A program made the translations under genes and the position numbers. From the sequence record SRR2962707_2090: a DNA stretch of 44,093 nt; one strand, 5' to 3'. Shown here in pieces: positions 1 through 9,042 of the stretch (position 1 is the stretch's first letter; each line of letters opens with the position of its first letter). The notes under the pieces are model-generated. The model did no database searches, was not told the DNA's origin, and worked only from the letters and a program-made list of their open reading frames with translations.

Positions 1-303
1 GGCTGCTCCCTGTGCATGGGTAACCAGGCCCGGATCGCGCCGAAGTCCACCGCGGTGTCCACTTCCACCCGTAACTTCCCCAACCGTCTGGGGCAAGGCG
101 CCGACGTCTATCTGGCGTCCGCGGAACTGGCGGCGGTGGCCTCCATTCTGGGCAAACTGCCCTCCGTGGAGGAATACATGCAATACGCCGCGGATATCGA
201 TTCCATGTCCGGTGAGATCTACCGCTACATGAACTTCGACCAGATGGAGGAGTATCAGGAAGTAGCGGACAAGGTGAAGATTCCGGTAGCCCAGGCAGGC
301 TGA
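1..303 (+). CDS. acnB: Aconitate hydratase B, 3' end (truncated by window)
   Basis: Frame from base 1 reads GCSLCMGNQAR (Fe-S Cys motif), STSTRNFPNRLG and VYLASAELAAV, typical of the AcnB C-terminus; TGA 301-303. Confidence 0.95.
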   Translation, partial: GCSLCMGNQARIAPKSTAVSTSTRNFPNRLGQGADVYLASAELAAVASILGKLPSVEEYMQYAADIDSMSGEIYRYMNFDQMEEYQEVADKVKIPVAQAG

Positions 304-322
304 TGGAAGCGCTTCGCTGTTG

Positions 323-353
323 AAAAAAGCCCGGCCCCGCGCCGGGCTTTTTT
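323..353. terminator. Bidirectional intrinsic terminator after acnB
   Basis: AAAAAAGCCCGGC-cccgc-GCCGGGCTTTTTT perfect inverted repeat with A and T tracts. Confidence 0.9.
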
Positions 354-457
354 ATGGCCGCCATACAAACCCGCATCCGCCAAATGGAGCCCTCACCTTC
401 AACCGGGTATGATGATTTTTTTGTGACCTTTTGAACGCTTGCGCCAGGAGCTTTTTC

Positions 458-1840
458 TTGCCTGACAGTACATCGGGTCAACACCGTCCGGACCAGGACG
501 GTCTGCCCATGGAGCAACGACGCTGGGCCATGTTCGCTATCGTGGTAAGCGTCGGCCTGGCGGTGTTGGACAGCAACATCGTCAACGTGGCGCTACCCAC
601 CATTGCCGGGGATCTGGAGATCAGTCCGTCGCAATCGGTGTGGATCGTGAATGCCTATCTGCTCGCCGTGGCCACCACCTTGCTGCCGCTGTCGTCGCTG
701 GGCGACATCGTCGGTTATCGCCGCGTCTATCAGACCGGGCTGGCGGTGTTCACCATCGCGTCCCTGGTGTGCACTCTCGCGGACTCCCTGGTAACACTCA
801 CCGCCGCCCGCTTTTTTCAGGGGCTGGGCGCCGCCGGGGTCATGAGCGTCAATGCCGCTCTGGTGCGCTTTATCTATCCGTCACGCTTATTGGGCCGGGG
901 CATCGGCCTGATCGCCATGGTGGTGGCCTTATCCTCGGCGGTCGGCCCCACCGTGGCCTCCGGCATTCTGTCGGTGGGATCCTGGTCCTGGCTGTTCGCG
1001 GTGAACATCCCCTTGGGCTGTCTGGCCTTCGTGCTGGCCCGCCACAATCTGCCCGAGACCGGCCAGGCTCCGCGCCGCTTTGACTGGGGCAGCGCGCTCC
1101 TCAATGCACTGGGTATCGGCTTGCTGGTCATGGCGGTGGACAGTCTCGCCCATGGCATGGGCGGCACCGTGGCGGCGCTGGCGCTGGCCGCCTCGCTGGT
1201 GGTGATCGCGTTACTGGTACGCCGGCAGCTGTCCCAGTCCTCGCCGCTGCTGCCGGTGGACTTGCTACGTATTCCGCCGTTCGCCCTGGCCATCGGCACC
1301 TCGTTTTGCGCCTTCACCAGTCAGATGGCCGCGTTTATCGCCCTGCCCTTTTATCTGCATGACATTCTCGGCTACAGCGCGGTGGAAACCGGGCTGCTGA
1401 TGACACCTTGGCCCGCGGCGGTGGCGGTCACCGCCCCCATCGCCGGGCGATTGGCGGATCGTTATCCCATCGGCGTGTTGTGTTCCCTCGGGCTGCTGCT
1501 GAAAATGACCGGATTACTATTACTTGCCGCGCTACCGGAACAACCGTCATTGCCAGCGCTGCTGGGATCCATGGCACTGTGCGGTATCGGTTTCGGGCTG
1601 TTTCAGGCGCCCAACAATCGCGCCATGATCGGGTCGGCGCCAAGAGAGCGTAGCGGTGGCGCCGGCGGCATGCAGGGCACCACCCGGCTGATTGGACAGA
1701 CCCTGGGCGCGGCGCTCACTGCCCTGGTGTTCGGACAGTTGACCAACGGCATCACCCCGGCGTTGATCATGGCCGCCACCTTTGCCGCCTGCGCCGCGGC
1801 AATCAGTCTGTTACGGATCCGCTCCACACCCCGGCTATAA
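458..1840 (+). CDS. DHA2 (14-TMS) MFS transporter, YebQ-like, copy 1
   Basis: DGLP..RR start, AVLDSNIVNVALPTIA, GDIVGYRR motif A, FQAPNNR; AGGAG 446-450 supports TTG 458 over ORF-track start 431. Confidence 0.9.
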   Translation: MPDSTSGQHRPDQDGLPMEQRRWAMFAIVVSVGLAVLDSNIVNVALPTIAGDLEISPSQSVWIVNAYLLAVATTLLPLSSLGDIVGYRRVYQTGLAVFTIASLVCTLADSLVTLTAARFFQGLGAAGVMSVNAALVRFIYPSRLLGRGIGLIAMVVALSSAVGPTVASGILSVGSWSWLFAVNIPLGCLAFVLARHNLPETGQAPRRFDWGSALLNALGIGLLVMAVDSLAHGMGGTVAALALAASLVVIALLVRRQLSQSSPLLPVDLLRIPPFALAIGTSFCAFTSQMAAFIALPFYLHDILGYSAVETGLLMTPWPAAVAVTAPIAGRLADRYPIGVLCSLGLLLKMTGLLLLAALPEQPSLPALLGSMALCGIGFGLFQAPNNRAMIGSAPRERSGGAGGMQGTTRLIGQTLGAALTALVFGQLTNGITPALIMAATFAACAAAISLLRIRSTPRL

Positions 1841-2425
1841 GCTGCCTCGGGCAGCCAACGCGCTCCAAGTCACGGTCACCAGTTCCCGCAGATGCGTGGT
1901 TGGCGCGGCGGCGCTCTCCGACGCCAACCAGGCCCGGCACAGCAGCTGGGCCGGCCCCAACAAGGTGGCCACCACCACCTCCGGGGACACCGGTTTGAGT
2001 GTGCCCTCCTCCACATGTCGCCGCACCCAGGCGGACACCGTCGACATCAATTTGGTATTGGCCTGTTCCACCTGACGGGCCAGATCCTCGCCCCATCCCG
2101 TGTAGCCGCGCTCGGATAGGAATCGCGCCCAGTCCCGGTTTCCCTCGGTCCATTCCAGGTGGTAACGCAGCAACGCCGCGACGACGTCACGAGCGCCACC
2201 GCCTTGCTCCAACTGTGCCGCCAAGCCGCCCTGATAGTCCCGGATCCCCTCCAGATAAACCGCCTCGCACAGGCTCTGCTTGTTGGCGAAGAAGTGAAAC
2301 AGGCTGCCATTGCTCACCTCGGCCCGCTCACGAATTGCCTGCATGGTGGCGCTGGCCACGCCCTTTTCCACGAAAGTGGTCAGCGCGGCGGCGATGATCT
2401 TGTCACGTGTGTCCGAACTCGGCAT
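1835..2425 (-). CDS. TetR/AcrR-family transcriptional regulator
   Basis: TRDKIIAAALTTFVEKG..ATMQAIRERAEVSNGSLFHFFANK HTH; ATG 2425 chosen. Confidence 0.9.
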   Translation of the reverse strand: MPSSDTRDKIIAAALTTFVEKGVASATMQAIRERAEVSNGSLFHFFANKQSLCEAVYLEGIRDYQGGLAAQLEQGGGARDVVAALLRYHLEWTEGNRDWARFLSERGYTGWGEDLARQVEQANTKLMSTVSAWVRRHVEEGTLKPVSPEVVVATLLGPAQLLCRAWLASESAAAPTTHLRELVTVTWSALAARGSL

Positions 2426-2506
2426 TCCCGGCCCTCGAGTGGGGGAGTGGAAAGTGGAGAGCAAAGCACCCTAATGCGATTCGCCACAAGGCACAACCTG
2501 TGTGGA

Positions 2507-2544
2507 TTGACGCCAATAGAGCACTCCTCTAGAGTAATACTCCA
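2507..2544 (+). promoter_or_regulatory. Sigma70-like promoter with tandem palindromic operators (probable TetR sites)
   Basis: TTGACG (2507-2512)-17 nt-TAGAGT (2530-2535); TAGAG-N5-CTCTA (2517-2531) and TAGAG-N5-CTCCA (2530-2544). Confidence 0.6.
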
Positions 2545-2592
2545 CTAACGGTATCGCTATTCCGGTGATGCCCCGAACCCGGGAGACTCTCC

Positions 2593-3012
2593 ATGCACGC
2601 CTCTTTGCAGCAGGCCCGGCAGGTCCTGGCCGAGCAAGCCTTCAGCGCCCTGTTGGGGACGGAATTACTGGACTATCAGCGGGGAAAAGCGACTCTGCGC
2701 CTGAAGGTGAAGGACGATCTGCGCCAGCAATACGGCTTCGTCCACGGCGGCGTCCTTAGCTATCTGGCCGATAACGCGCTGGCGTTCGCCGGTGGCACGG
2801 TTCTGGAGCCGCTGGTATTTTCCTCGGAATTCAAGATCAACTACTTGCGCCCCGCCGGCGGCGACACCCTGCTGGCGGAGGCCACGGTGATTCATGCCGG
2901 CCGTAATCAGGCCGTGGTCCGTTGCGACATTTACGATTGCCGTGAGGAGCAGCGTAAACTCTGCGTGGCGGCCCAGGGCACCATCGTCCGCAGTCCGCCG
3001 CCCGCCAGTTGA
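2593..3012 (+). CDS. PaaI-family hotdog thioesterase
   Basis: QQYGFVHGGVLSYLADN and EFKINYLRPA motifs; GGAG SD upstream. Confidence 0.9.
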   Translation: MHASLQQARQVLAEQAFSALLGTELLDYQRGKATLRLKVKDDLRQQYGFVHGGVLSYLADNALAFAGGTVLEPLVFSSEFKINYLRPAGGDTLLAEATVIHAGRNQAVVRCDIYDCREEQRKLCVAAQGTIVRSPPPAS

Positions 3013-3013
3013 G

Positions 3014-3952
3014 TTAGCGCCAGGGTGAATCGCCGCCTTTGACCAGCAGTTGCCAGACCCTCGCCGCGGCGTCGGACAATGGATGAGAGCGTAGCCGGCA
3101 GGCACTGACATCGACCCGCACTCCGGTATCCAAAGGCAGTGTCAGCAGATGTCCCGAGGCGATATCCGCCTCGATCAGCAAATCCGGCGCCACCGTGATC
3201 GCCTGTCCGGCCCGGCACAACGCCAGACAGGAACTGATCGCCGCCATCTGATACTCGGCACCCTTGCGCTGCTCCAGCAAGGCCTGGAACCAGGGTGACA
3301 GCCTTTGCCGATACTCCATGGGCACAATCGGCAATGCCCATGGCATCCGTGCCATGAATGCCCGGGCAGCGGCAGGATCCTCTCCGACCGGTTCTTTCTC
3401 CCCGCGGACCCAGGCCGCCGGCGCCACCACCCGCAGCGGCAAATGACGCAACGGCTGAACCACGGTATCGGCCTGATCCGCCAAGGTTTCCAATTGCGGG
3501 CGGTCATAGACCAGAAAGTCGTACCGGTAGGCGTACAGCCCCTCCTGCAGGGCATCAAACTGATCCGCGTGCAGATCCAGCCGGATCCCGCTGCCCTCGC
3601 GCCGTAACGGTCCGGCCAGGCTCTGGCCGAGAATATCCGGCGCGAAAGGTCCGCAGCCGATCCGCACCAGGCCGCTGCGCCCTTCATGGAAACGGGCCAC
3701 CAACAGGTCCAGCCCGGCCACTTCGTCGAGCACCCTGCCCGCCTGTCTATACAGTGCCCGCGCCAGTTCCGTGGGGCGCAGGGAACGTGTGTGTCGCTGA
3801 AACAGGGCGCCGCCCACACGCGCCTCCAGCTTACTCAAACTGTGGCTCAAAGCCGGCTGCGACATACCCAGGGCACGCGCCGCCGCCGACAGGCTGTCAT
3901 GCTCATACACCGCCCGGAACTGAACCAGCTGCTGCAAGGGCCACATCGCCAC
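3014..3952 (-). CDS. LysR-family regulator, divergent from sulfatase
   Basis: SLSAAARALGMSQPALSHSLSKLEARVGGALFQR HTH; GTG start with AGGAG SD. Confidence 0.92.
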   Translation of the reverse strand: MAMWPLQQLVQFRAVYEHDSLSAAARALGMSQPALSHSLSKLEARVGGALFQRHTRSLRPTELARALYRQAGRVLDEVAGLDLLVARFHEGRSGLVRIGCGPFAPDILGQSLAGPLRREGSGIRLDLHADQFDALQEGLYAYRYDFLVYDRPQLETLADQADTVVQPLRHLPLRVVAPAAWVRGEKEPVGEDPAAARAFMARMPWALPIVPMEYRQRLSPWFQALLEQRKGAEYQMAAISSCLALCRAGQAITVAPDLLIEADIASGHLLTLPLDTGVRVDVSACRLRSHPLSDAAARVWQLLVKGGDSPWR

Positions 3953-4075
3953 TCTCCTTGATTGTCATTCGGTCATACTGGGAGAACCATAAATAAAGAG
4001 AATGAATTTATTCATCCTGTTTATCAATTATCCCGGCATACTCCGCTCATCCAATAATCAATAACAGGGAACATC

Positions 4076-5782
4076 ATGACCGGACCGGATCGGCGCACCG
4101 TTCTCAAACAACTGGCCCTGGGGGCGGCCGCGCTGGGCGTCAGCCGTCCCGCCGGCGCCCGCGCACCCTCGCCGGTCCGCGGCGACCGTCCGCTCAACGT
4201 ACTGCTGTTGGTGTCGGATCAGGAACGGTCCTGGATGGATTTGCCGGCGGAGCTGGACCTGCCGGCCCACCGGACCCTGCTCGCCGAGGGGGTGGGTTTC
4301 AATCAGTATCATGTGAACACGTCGCCGTGTTCTCCGTCGCGCTCGGTGATGTACACCGGACAGCACACCATGCGCACCGGCATGACCGCCAACCTGCATG
4401 CGCCGCCCTTTCCCACTCTGAACCCGGATCTGCCCACCGTCGGTCACTTCTTTCAGGAGATGGGTTATCACACCGCCTATAAGGGCAAATGGCACTTATC
4501 GGACATTGAGGACGGTCCGGGTCTGCTCTATGGCAGCTACCCAAGCCGGGACAAGGCTCTGGAGGAATACGGCTTCCACGACTACAACCTCACCGGCGAT
4601 GTGCACGGCTCGGTATGGCAGGGTTATCTGGCCGATCGCATGGTGGCCGGTGAAGCCAGTCACTGGCTGGCGCGGCGCAGTCACCAGTTGGACAAGCCAT
4701 GGATGCTGGCGGTGAATTTCGTCAACCCCCACGACATCATGTTCTTCTCCAGCGGCGCGCGGCAGGAACAGTCGCGGGTCAATCCTGATTTCATGGCGCC
4801 GCTGCGGCCGCCGCCCAACGACCCGGTGTACGAGGCGGATTGGCGTCATATTCCGCTACCGCGCTCCTTCCATCGCGCCAATCTGATCGACAAACCCTGG
4901 TGCCACCGCTCTTACGCCCAGGTGCTCGATGCCATTTATGGCCACATCGATAAACAGGACGAAGCCGCCTGGCGCGCCAATCAAAGCTACTACTTCAACT
5001 GCATTCGTGATGTGTCCCGCCAGGTGGAGCATGTGCTGCAGGCACTCAAGGCCAGCGGCCAGTGGGACAACACCATCATCGTCTATACCGCCGACCACGG
5101 CGAAATGGCGGGCGCCCAGGGACTGCGCCAAAAAGGCCCGCTGATCTACAAGGAAAACAGCCGCGTGCCCCTGATCATCCGCCATCCGGATGTTCAGGGC
5201 GGACGCCGGGTGGACAATCTGGGCAGCACGGTGGATTTGCTGCCCACTCTGGTGGGGCTCGCCAGCGCGGGCAAACACAAGTGCGACACGCCGGGCGTGG
5301 ACCTGAGCCCGGCACTCAACGGCAAAACCACCGAACGAGATGATCGGGGCGTGCTGTTCGCCTATGGCGTGCTGCTTTACACCGATCCGGAAGCGACCCG
5401 GCGGCTGGCCAAGGAGGGGGATGAGATTACGCCCATGGCCATGCTCGCCGACTTTTTCAAGCAACTGCGCCTGGGCCCCGAATTGGGTAATCGGGGTCTG
5501 CATAGGGGGGTGCACGACGGCCGCTATAAGTTCGCACGTTATTTCAGTCCCGACAGCCATCACACGCCGACGGATTGGGAAACGCTGCGAGCGCATAACG
5601 ATCTGGAGTTGTATGACACTCATGCCGATCCGGATGAGCTCAACAATCTCGCGGCCGACCCGGAGAAGGTAAAGCCCCTGCTGATGGCCATGAACGAAAA
5701 GACCAACCAACTGGTGGCCGCCGAGATTGGCAAGGACGAGGGCCAGGAATTCCCTGGTCCGACGTTTCTTTACCGACTTTGA
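4076..5782 (+). CDS. Tat-exported Cys-type (formylglycine) sulfatase
   Basis: DRRTVLK twin-arginine signal; SDQER, CSPSRSVMYTG (CxPxR), GKWHL, NPHD and DHG motifs. Confidence 0.92.
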   Translation: MTGPDRRTVLKQLALGAAALGVSRPAGARAPSPVRGDRPLNVLLLVSDQERSWMDLPAELDLPAHRTLLAEGVGFNQYHVNTSPCSPSRSVMYTGQHTMRTGMTANLHAPPFPTLNPDLPTVGHFFQEMGYHTAYKGKWHLSDIEDGPGLLYGSYPSRDKALEEYGFHDYNLTGDVHGSVWQGYLADRMVAGEASHWLARRSHQLDKPWMLAVNFVNPHDIMFFSSGARQEQSRVNPDFMAPLRPPPNDPVYEADWRHIPLPRSFHRANLIDKPWCHRSYAQVLDAIYGHIDKQDEAAWRANQSYYFNCIRDVSRQVEHVLQALKASGQWDNTIIVYTADHGEMAGAQGLRQKGPLIYKENSRVPLIIRHPDVQGGRRVDNLGSTVDLLPTLVGLASAGKHKCDTPGVDLSPALNGKTTERDDRGVLFAYGVLLYTDPEATRRLAKEGDEITPMAMLADFFKQLRLGPELGNRGLHRGVHDGRYKFARYFSPDSHHTPTDWETLRAHNDLELYDTHADPDELNNLAADPEKVKPLLMAMNEKTNQLVAAEIGKDEGQEFPGPTFLYRL

Positions 5783-5813
5783 CTAAGCGCGCCTCTTGGC
5801 CGCGTTCTTTCAG

Positions 5814-5849
5814 CGGTCTCGTGTGAAACGGCACGAGGCCGTTTTTTTT
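5814..5849 (+). terminator. Intrinsic terminator of sulfatase
   Basis: CGGTCTCGTG/CACGAGGCCG stem followed by T8. Confidence 0.8.
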
Positions 5850-5855
5850 GAAATG

Positions 5856-5882
5856 AGGACCGGGCACCCCCGGTCCTTTTTT
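5856..5882. terminator. Second hairpin terminator at end of TRAP operon
   Basis: AGGACCGGG-cacc-CCCGGTCCT followed by T tract on + strand. Confidence 0.65.
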
Positions 5883-5895
5883 CCATAGCGGTCGA

Positions 5896-7230
5896 TCACA
5901 TCAGGCTGGGCAGGAACAATACGATTTGTGGGAACAGGATCAGCAACAGCACGGTAACGAAGTCCGCCACCAGGAACCAGCTGACCCCTTTGAAGATCTC
6001 ACCGATGGTTACCTCATTGCGCACTACCGCCTTGATGATGAAGCAGTTCAGGCCAATTGGCGGGGAGATCAGCCCTATCTCCAGGTATTTGATCATGATG
6101 ATACCGAACCAGATCAAATTGTAGTCCAGCCCCTTCACGATCGGGATCACGATCGGCAGGGTCAACAACATGATCTCGATGGACCCCATGAAGGTACCCA
6201 GAAAGATATACAGCAAAGTCAGGCTGAGCATGATCACCCAGGAAGGTCCATCAAAGCTGCCGGCCCAGGCGGTCATTTCACCCGCGATGCCGGTAAGCGC
6301 GGTAAAGGACGTAACCATATAGGCGCCGATGATCGCCGCGAACAACATCGACGTGGTCTTCAGGGTTTCGGCGAACGCCTTGGAGGTTTTTTCCTTGGTC
6401 AGCCGGCCACTGATCATGCAGATAAGGAACGCCACCGCCGCACCGATGCCGCCCGCCTCCGAGGGCGTGAAGAACCCGGAATAGAGCCCGGCGACAACCA
6501 ATACGATCAAAAGCAACATGCCGCCGGTTTTATTCAATGCCTTGAACTTCTCCTGCAAGGTGCTCTTTTCAGCGGGAGGGGCCAGAGCCGGATTCAACTT
6601 GGCCCTCACCATGACCATGGCGACATAGACCCCCAGCGACAGCAGTCCGGGTAACACGCCAGCCACGAACAGTGCCGCGATGGACTGCTCGGTGAACACC
6701 GCGTACAAAATGATCAGAATGCTCGGAGGAATCAAAGAGCCCAAGGTTCCCGAGGCCGCCACCACACCGGCGGCCAGCCCCTTCTGATATCCCCGCGCCA
6801 GCATTTCGGGGACAGCCATGCGCCCCATGGCCGCGGCGGTGGCCAGACTGGAACCACTGATCGCCGCGAACAAGGCGCAGCCGATCGAAGAGGCAACCGC
6901 CAGACCTCCGGGAACCCGCCCCAGCCAGAGACGGCTGGCACTGTAGATATCACGGGTGAACCCGGCTTCCGTGGCGATATACCCCATGAGAAGAAACATG
7001 GGAATGGTGGTGAAGGTGTAGTCCGAGGTGCTGGAAAAAGGCAGCTTGCCAAGGAACGAATTGGCGGTTATCACACCCGCCATGATATCAAAGTCATTAC
7101 CACGGGCCGCCGTGACCAGGACCATTCCTGCGTAACCGGCGGTCACCAGAACAATGGCGATCGGAACTCGCAACAGTAACAAGGCGATCATCCCGGCGGT
7201 AACCACGATACCGACAGTTTGCGGATCCAT
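5896..7230 (-). CDS. dctM: TRAP transporter large permease (DctM family)
   Basis: IPMFLLMG, FAAISGSSLATAAAMG, GTLGSLIPPS, TPSEAG and ISPPIGLN motifs. Confidence 0.93.
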   Translation of the reverse strand: MDPQTVGIVVTAGMIALLLLRVPIAIVLVTAGYAGMVLVTAARGNDFDIMAGVITANSFLGKLPFSSTSDYTFTTIPMFLLMGYIATEAGFTRDIYSASRLWLGRVPGGLAVASSIGCALFAAISGSSLATAAAMGRMAVPEMLARGYQKGLAAGVVAASGTLGSLIPPSILIILYAVFTEQSIAALFVAGVLPGLLSLGVYVAMVMVRAKLNPALAPPAEKSTLQEKFKALNKTGGMLLLIVLVVAGLYSGFFTPSEAGGIGAAVAFLICMISGRLTKEKTSKAFAETLKTTSMLFAAIIGAYMVTSFTALTGIAGEMTAWAGSFDGPSWVIMLSLTLLYIFLGTFMGSIEIMLLTLPIVIPIVKGLDYNLIWFGIIMIKYLEIGLISPPIGLNCFIIKAVVRNEVTIGEIFKGVSWFLVADFVTVLLLILFPQIVLFLPSLM

Positions 7231-7253
7231 TCAACGTCTCCAGTATAGTTATT

Positions 7254-7838
7254 CTATTCGGTATTCCGGGAAGTGGACTGCCCGTTGCTATCGGACAATT
7301 CTTCAGTATCACGAATGGCGGCCTCGAACTCGGTTTCCTCATTCGGGCGCATACCCGGCCAGACAAGATAGGTGGCGATGCGCAGGCACCACCAGCCCAA
7401 CCCCAGCGGGATAACAGCCTTGGCCGGCCAGTCACGTAGATTGAACACGCTGTTATAGGCCAGTTCGTCAAATACATAGGATTCGTAGGCGGCCTTGCCG
7501 CTCAGATAGGTCATGGCAACGAACATCAGCAGACCGAGAACCAGTGCCATGGTCACCAGGGTATTTTGTAGCCAGCGAGGAAACAGATCCGTCAAAACGG
7601 TCACTTCCAGATGCGCCCCAATCGACTGCACCCAACTCAGCGGCAGAAACACCAAGGCCACCATCATCATCTCCGCGATCAGCAGATCGTCGGGAAGAGA
7701 GGCATTGAAAAAAGTCCGCCCGATCACGGATGCGAAAGTCACCAGGACCATGATCGCCAACGTAATTTTGGCGATCAGAATCAGAAAAGCGTCAATACGA
7801 TCCATAGATCGATTGACGACACGACCAAAGCTGGACAT
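7254..7838 (-). CDS. dctQ: TRAP transporter small permease (DctQ family)
   Basis: About 4 TM segments, SVIGRTFFN and AHLEVTVL; GGAGGT SD before ATG 7838. Confidence 0.88.
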   Translation of the reverse strand: MSSFGRVVNRSMDRIDAFLILIAKITLAIMVLVTFASVIGRTFFNASLPDDLLIAEMMMVALVFLPLSWVQSIGAHLEVTVLTDLFPRWLQNTLVTMALVLGLLMFVAMTYLSGKAAYESYVFDELAYNSVFNLRDWPAKAVIPLGLGWWCLRIATYLVWPGMRPNEETEFEAAIRDTEELSDSNGQSTSRNTE

Positions 7839-7872
7839 CGCTTCGACCTCCTTTGAATACACAGGCAGGATA

Positions 7873-7893
7873 TGGCGGGCACCAGGCCCGCCA
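7873..7893. other. Intercistronic stem-loop between dctP and dctQ (probable mRNA stabiliser)
   Basis: TGGCGGGC-accag-GCCCGCCA just after the dctP stop, no U tract. Confidence 0.55.
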
Positions 7894-7900
7894 GACAAAG

Positions 7901-8986
7901 TCAGTCCTTATCCCAGGGATATCCGTTTTCCTGGATGTCGAGATCGACCTTACGGATTTCCTTAAGATAGGTGTCGTAGAGCGCCTTGACCGCGGGGTTA
8001 CGTTTGCTGGTCCGTTCCACGTTCTCGTTCTCCGCGCCGGAGACCGCCTTCTCCCAGACCTGGCGCTGCTCTCCAGTAACATCATGGACCTCGACGGGGT
8101 ACTTTGGATCGTTCTTCAGGTCGTTTCGGGCGCTCAGATTATCATCAATATCGCCCTTCGCCAGACGCTCCAGATACTCGTCCTGAAGGTCCGCGATAAC
8201 GGATCTTTGTTCATCGCTCAGGCTGTCATAAACCCGTTTGTTCATGACAATGATATTCATCTGTTGGCCAATATTGGGTAGCACCACATGATCAATCACC
8301 TCATTATGGCGATAGGAGAGCACATTATTCAGATAGCTCTGAGCACCATCGATGGTACCGCGCTCAAGAGCGGTATAGATATCGGGGAAAGTGAGATTGA
8401 CCGGCGTTACATTCCATTTTTCCAGGAGCGCGGCCTTGACCCAGCGTGACGCCAAACGCACCTTGTCACCATTGAAATCTGCCGGCGTCATATAAGGGTG
8501 TCCTTTGCTCAACAGCACACCCGGACCGATGGAAAAATGACCGATATGAACCAGGTTGCTGCGGTCCATCTCTTCCTTCAACTGAGGAAATTTTTCATAC
8601 ATTCTTTGCCATGCAATCATCGCCGCATACTGGTCACCCGGTCCTATGCCAGTGGTGGAAATGTAATGTAGCGGCAACTTGGCCTGAGAATATGCCGGTA
8701 CCACGTACCCCGCATCCGCCACGCCGGCGCTGATGCCGTCCACGGCATCCTTAAGTTTGACCAGGCTGTTCATATAATGGACATTGATCTTCAGCTCTCC
8801 GTTGGTGCGCTTTTCAATTTCATCAGCCCACCATTGCAACGCCCGATTAACGCCCGTATCCGCCGGGGGGGAGGACGTCGAATAAGACAGCGTCCGTGCT
8901 TCCACCATCGAAGCCGTCAGGCACAAGAGCAGACCGGATAACAACACCATGGTGCTCTTCTTGATTCGATTATTAAAACAACTCAT
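7901..8986 (-). CDS. dctP: TRAP substrate-binding protein (DctP family)
   Basis: Signal peptide, EIEKRTNGELKI, DFNGDKVR, DIYTALERGTIDG; GGAG SD before ATG 8986. Confidence 0.9.
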   Translation of the reverse strand: MSCFNNRIKKSTMVLLSGLLLCLTASMVEARTLSYSTSSPPADTGVNRALQWWADEIEKRTNGELKINVHYMNSLVKLKDAVDGISAGVADAGYVVPAYSQAKLPLHYISTTGIGPGDQYAAMIAWQRMYEKFPQLKEEMDRSNLVHIGHFSIGPGVLLSKGHPYMTPADFNGDKVRLASRWVKAALLEKWNVTPVNLTFPDIYTALERGTIDGAQSYLNNVLSYRHNEVIDHVVLPNIGQQMNIIVMNKRVYDSLSDEQRSVIADLQDEYLERLAKGDIDDNLSARNDLKNDPKYPVEVHDVTGEQRQVWEKAVSGAENENVERTSKRNPAVKALYDTYLKEIRKVDLDIQENGYPWDKD

Positions 8987-9042
8987 TTTATTCTCCGGGA
9001 TCTTCTTATTGGCATAAATGAATTCTGGGTTTATCCATACAT

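Noticed and set aside
4002-4015. ATGAA-TTTA-TTCAT dyad as LysR box for the sulfatase
   Set aside because: Spacing does not give a clean T-N11-A and it occurs once in AT-rich DNA
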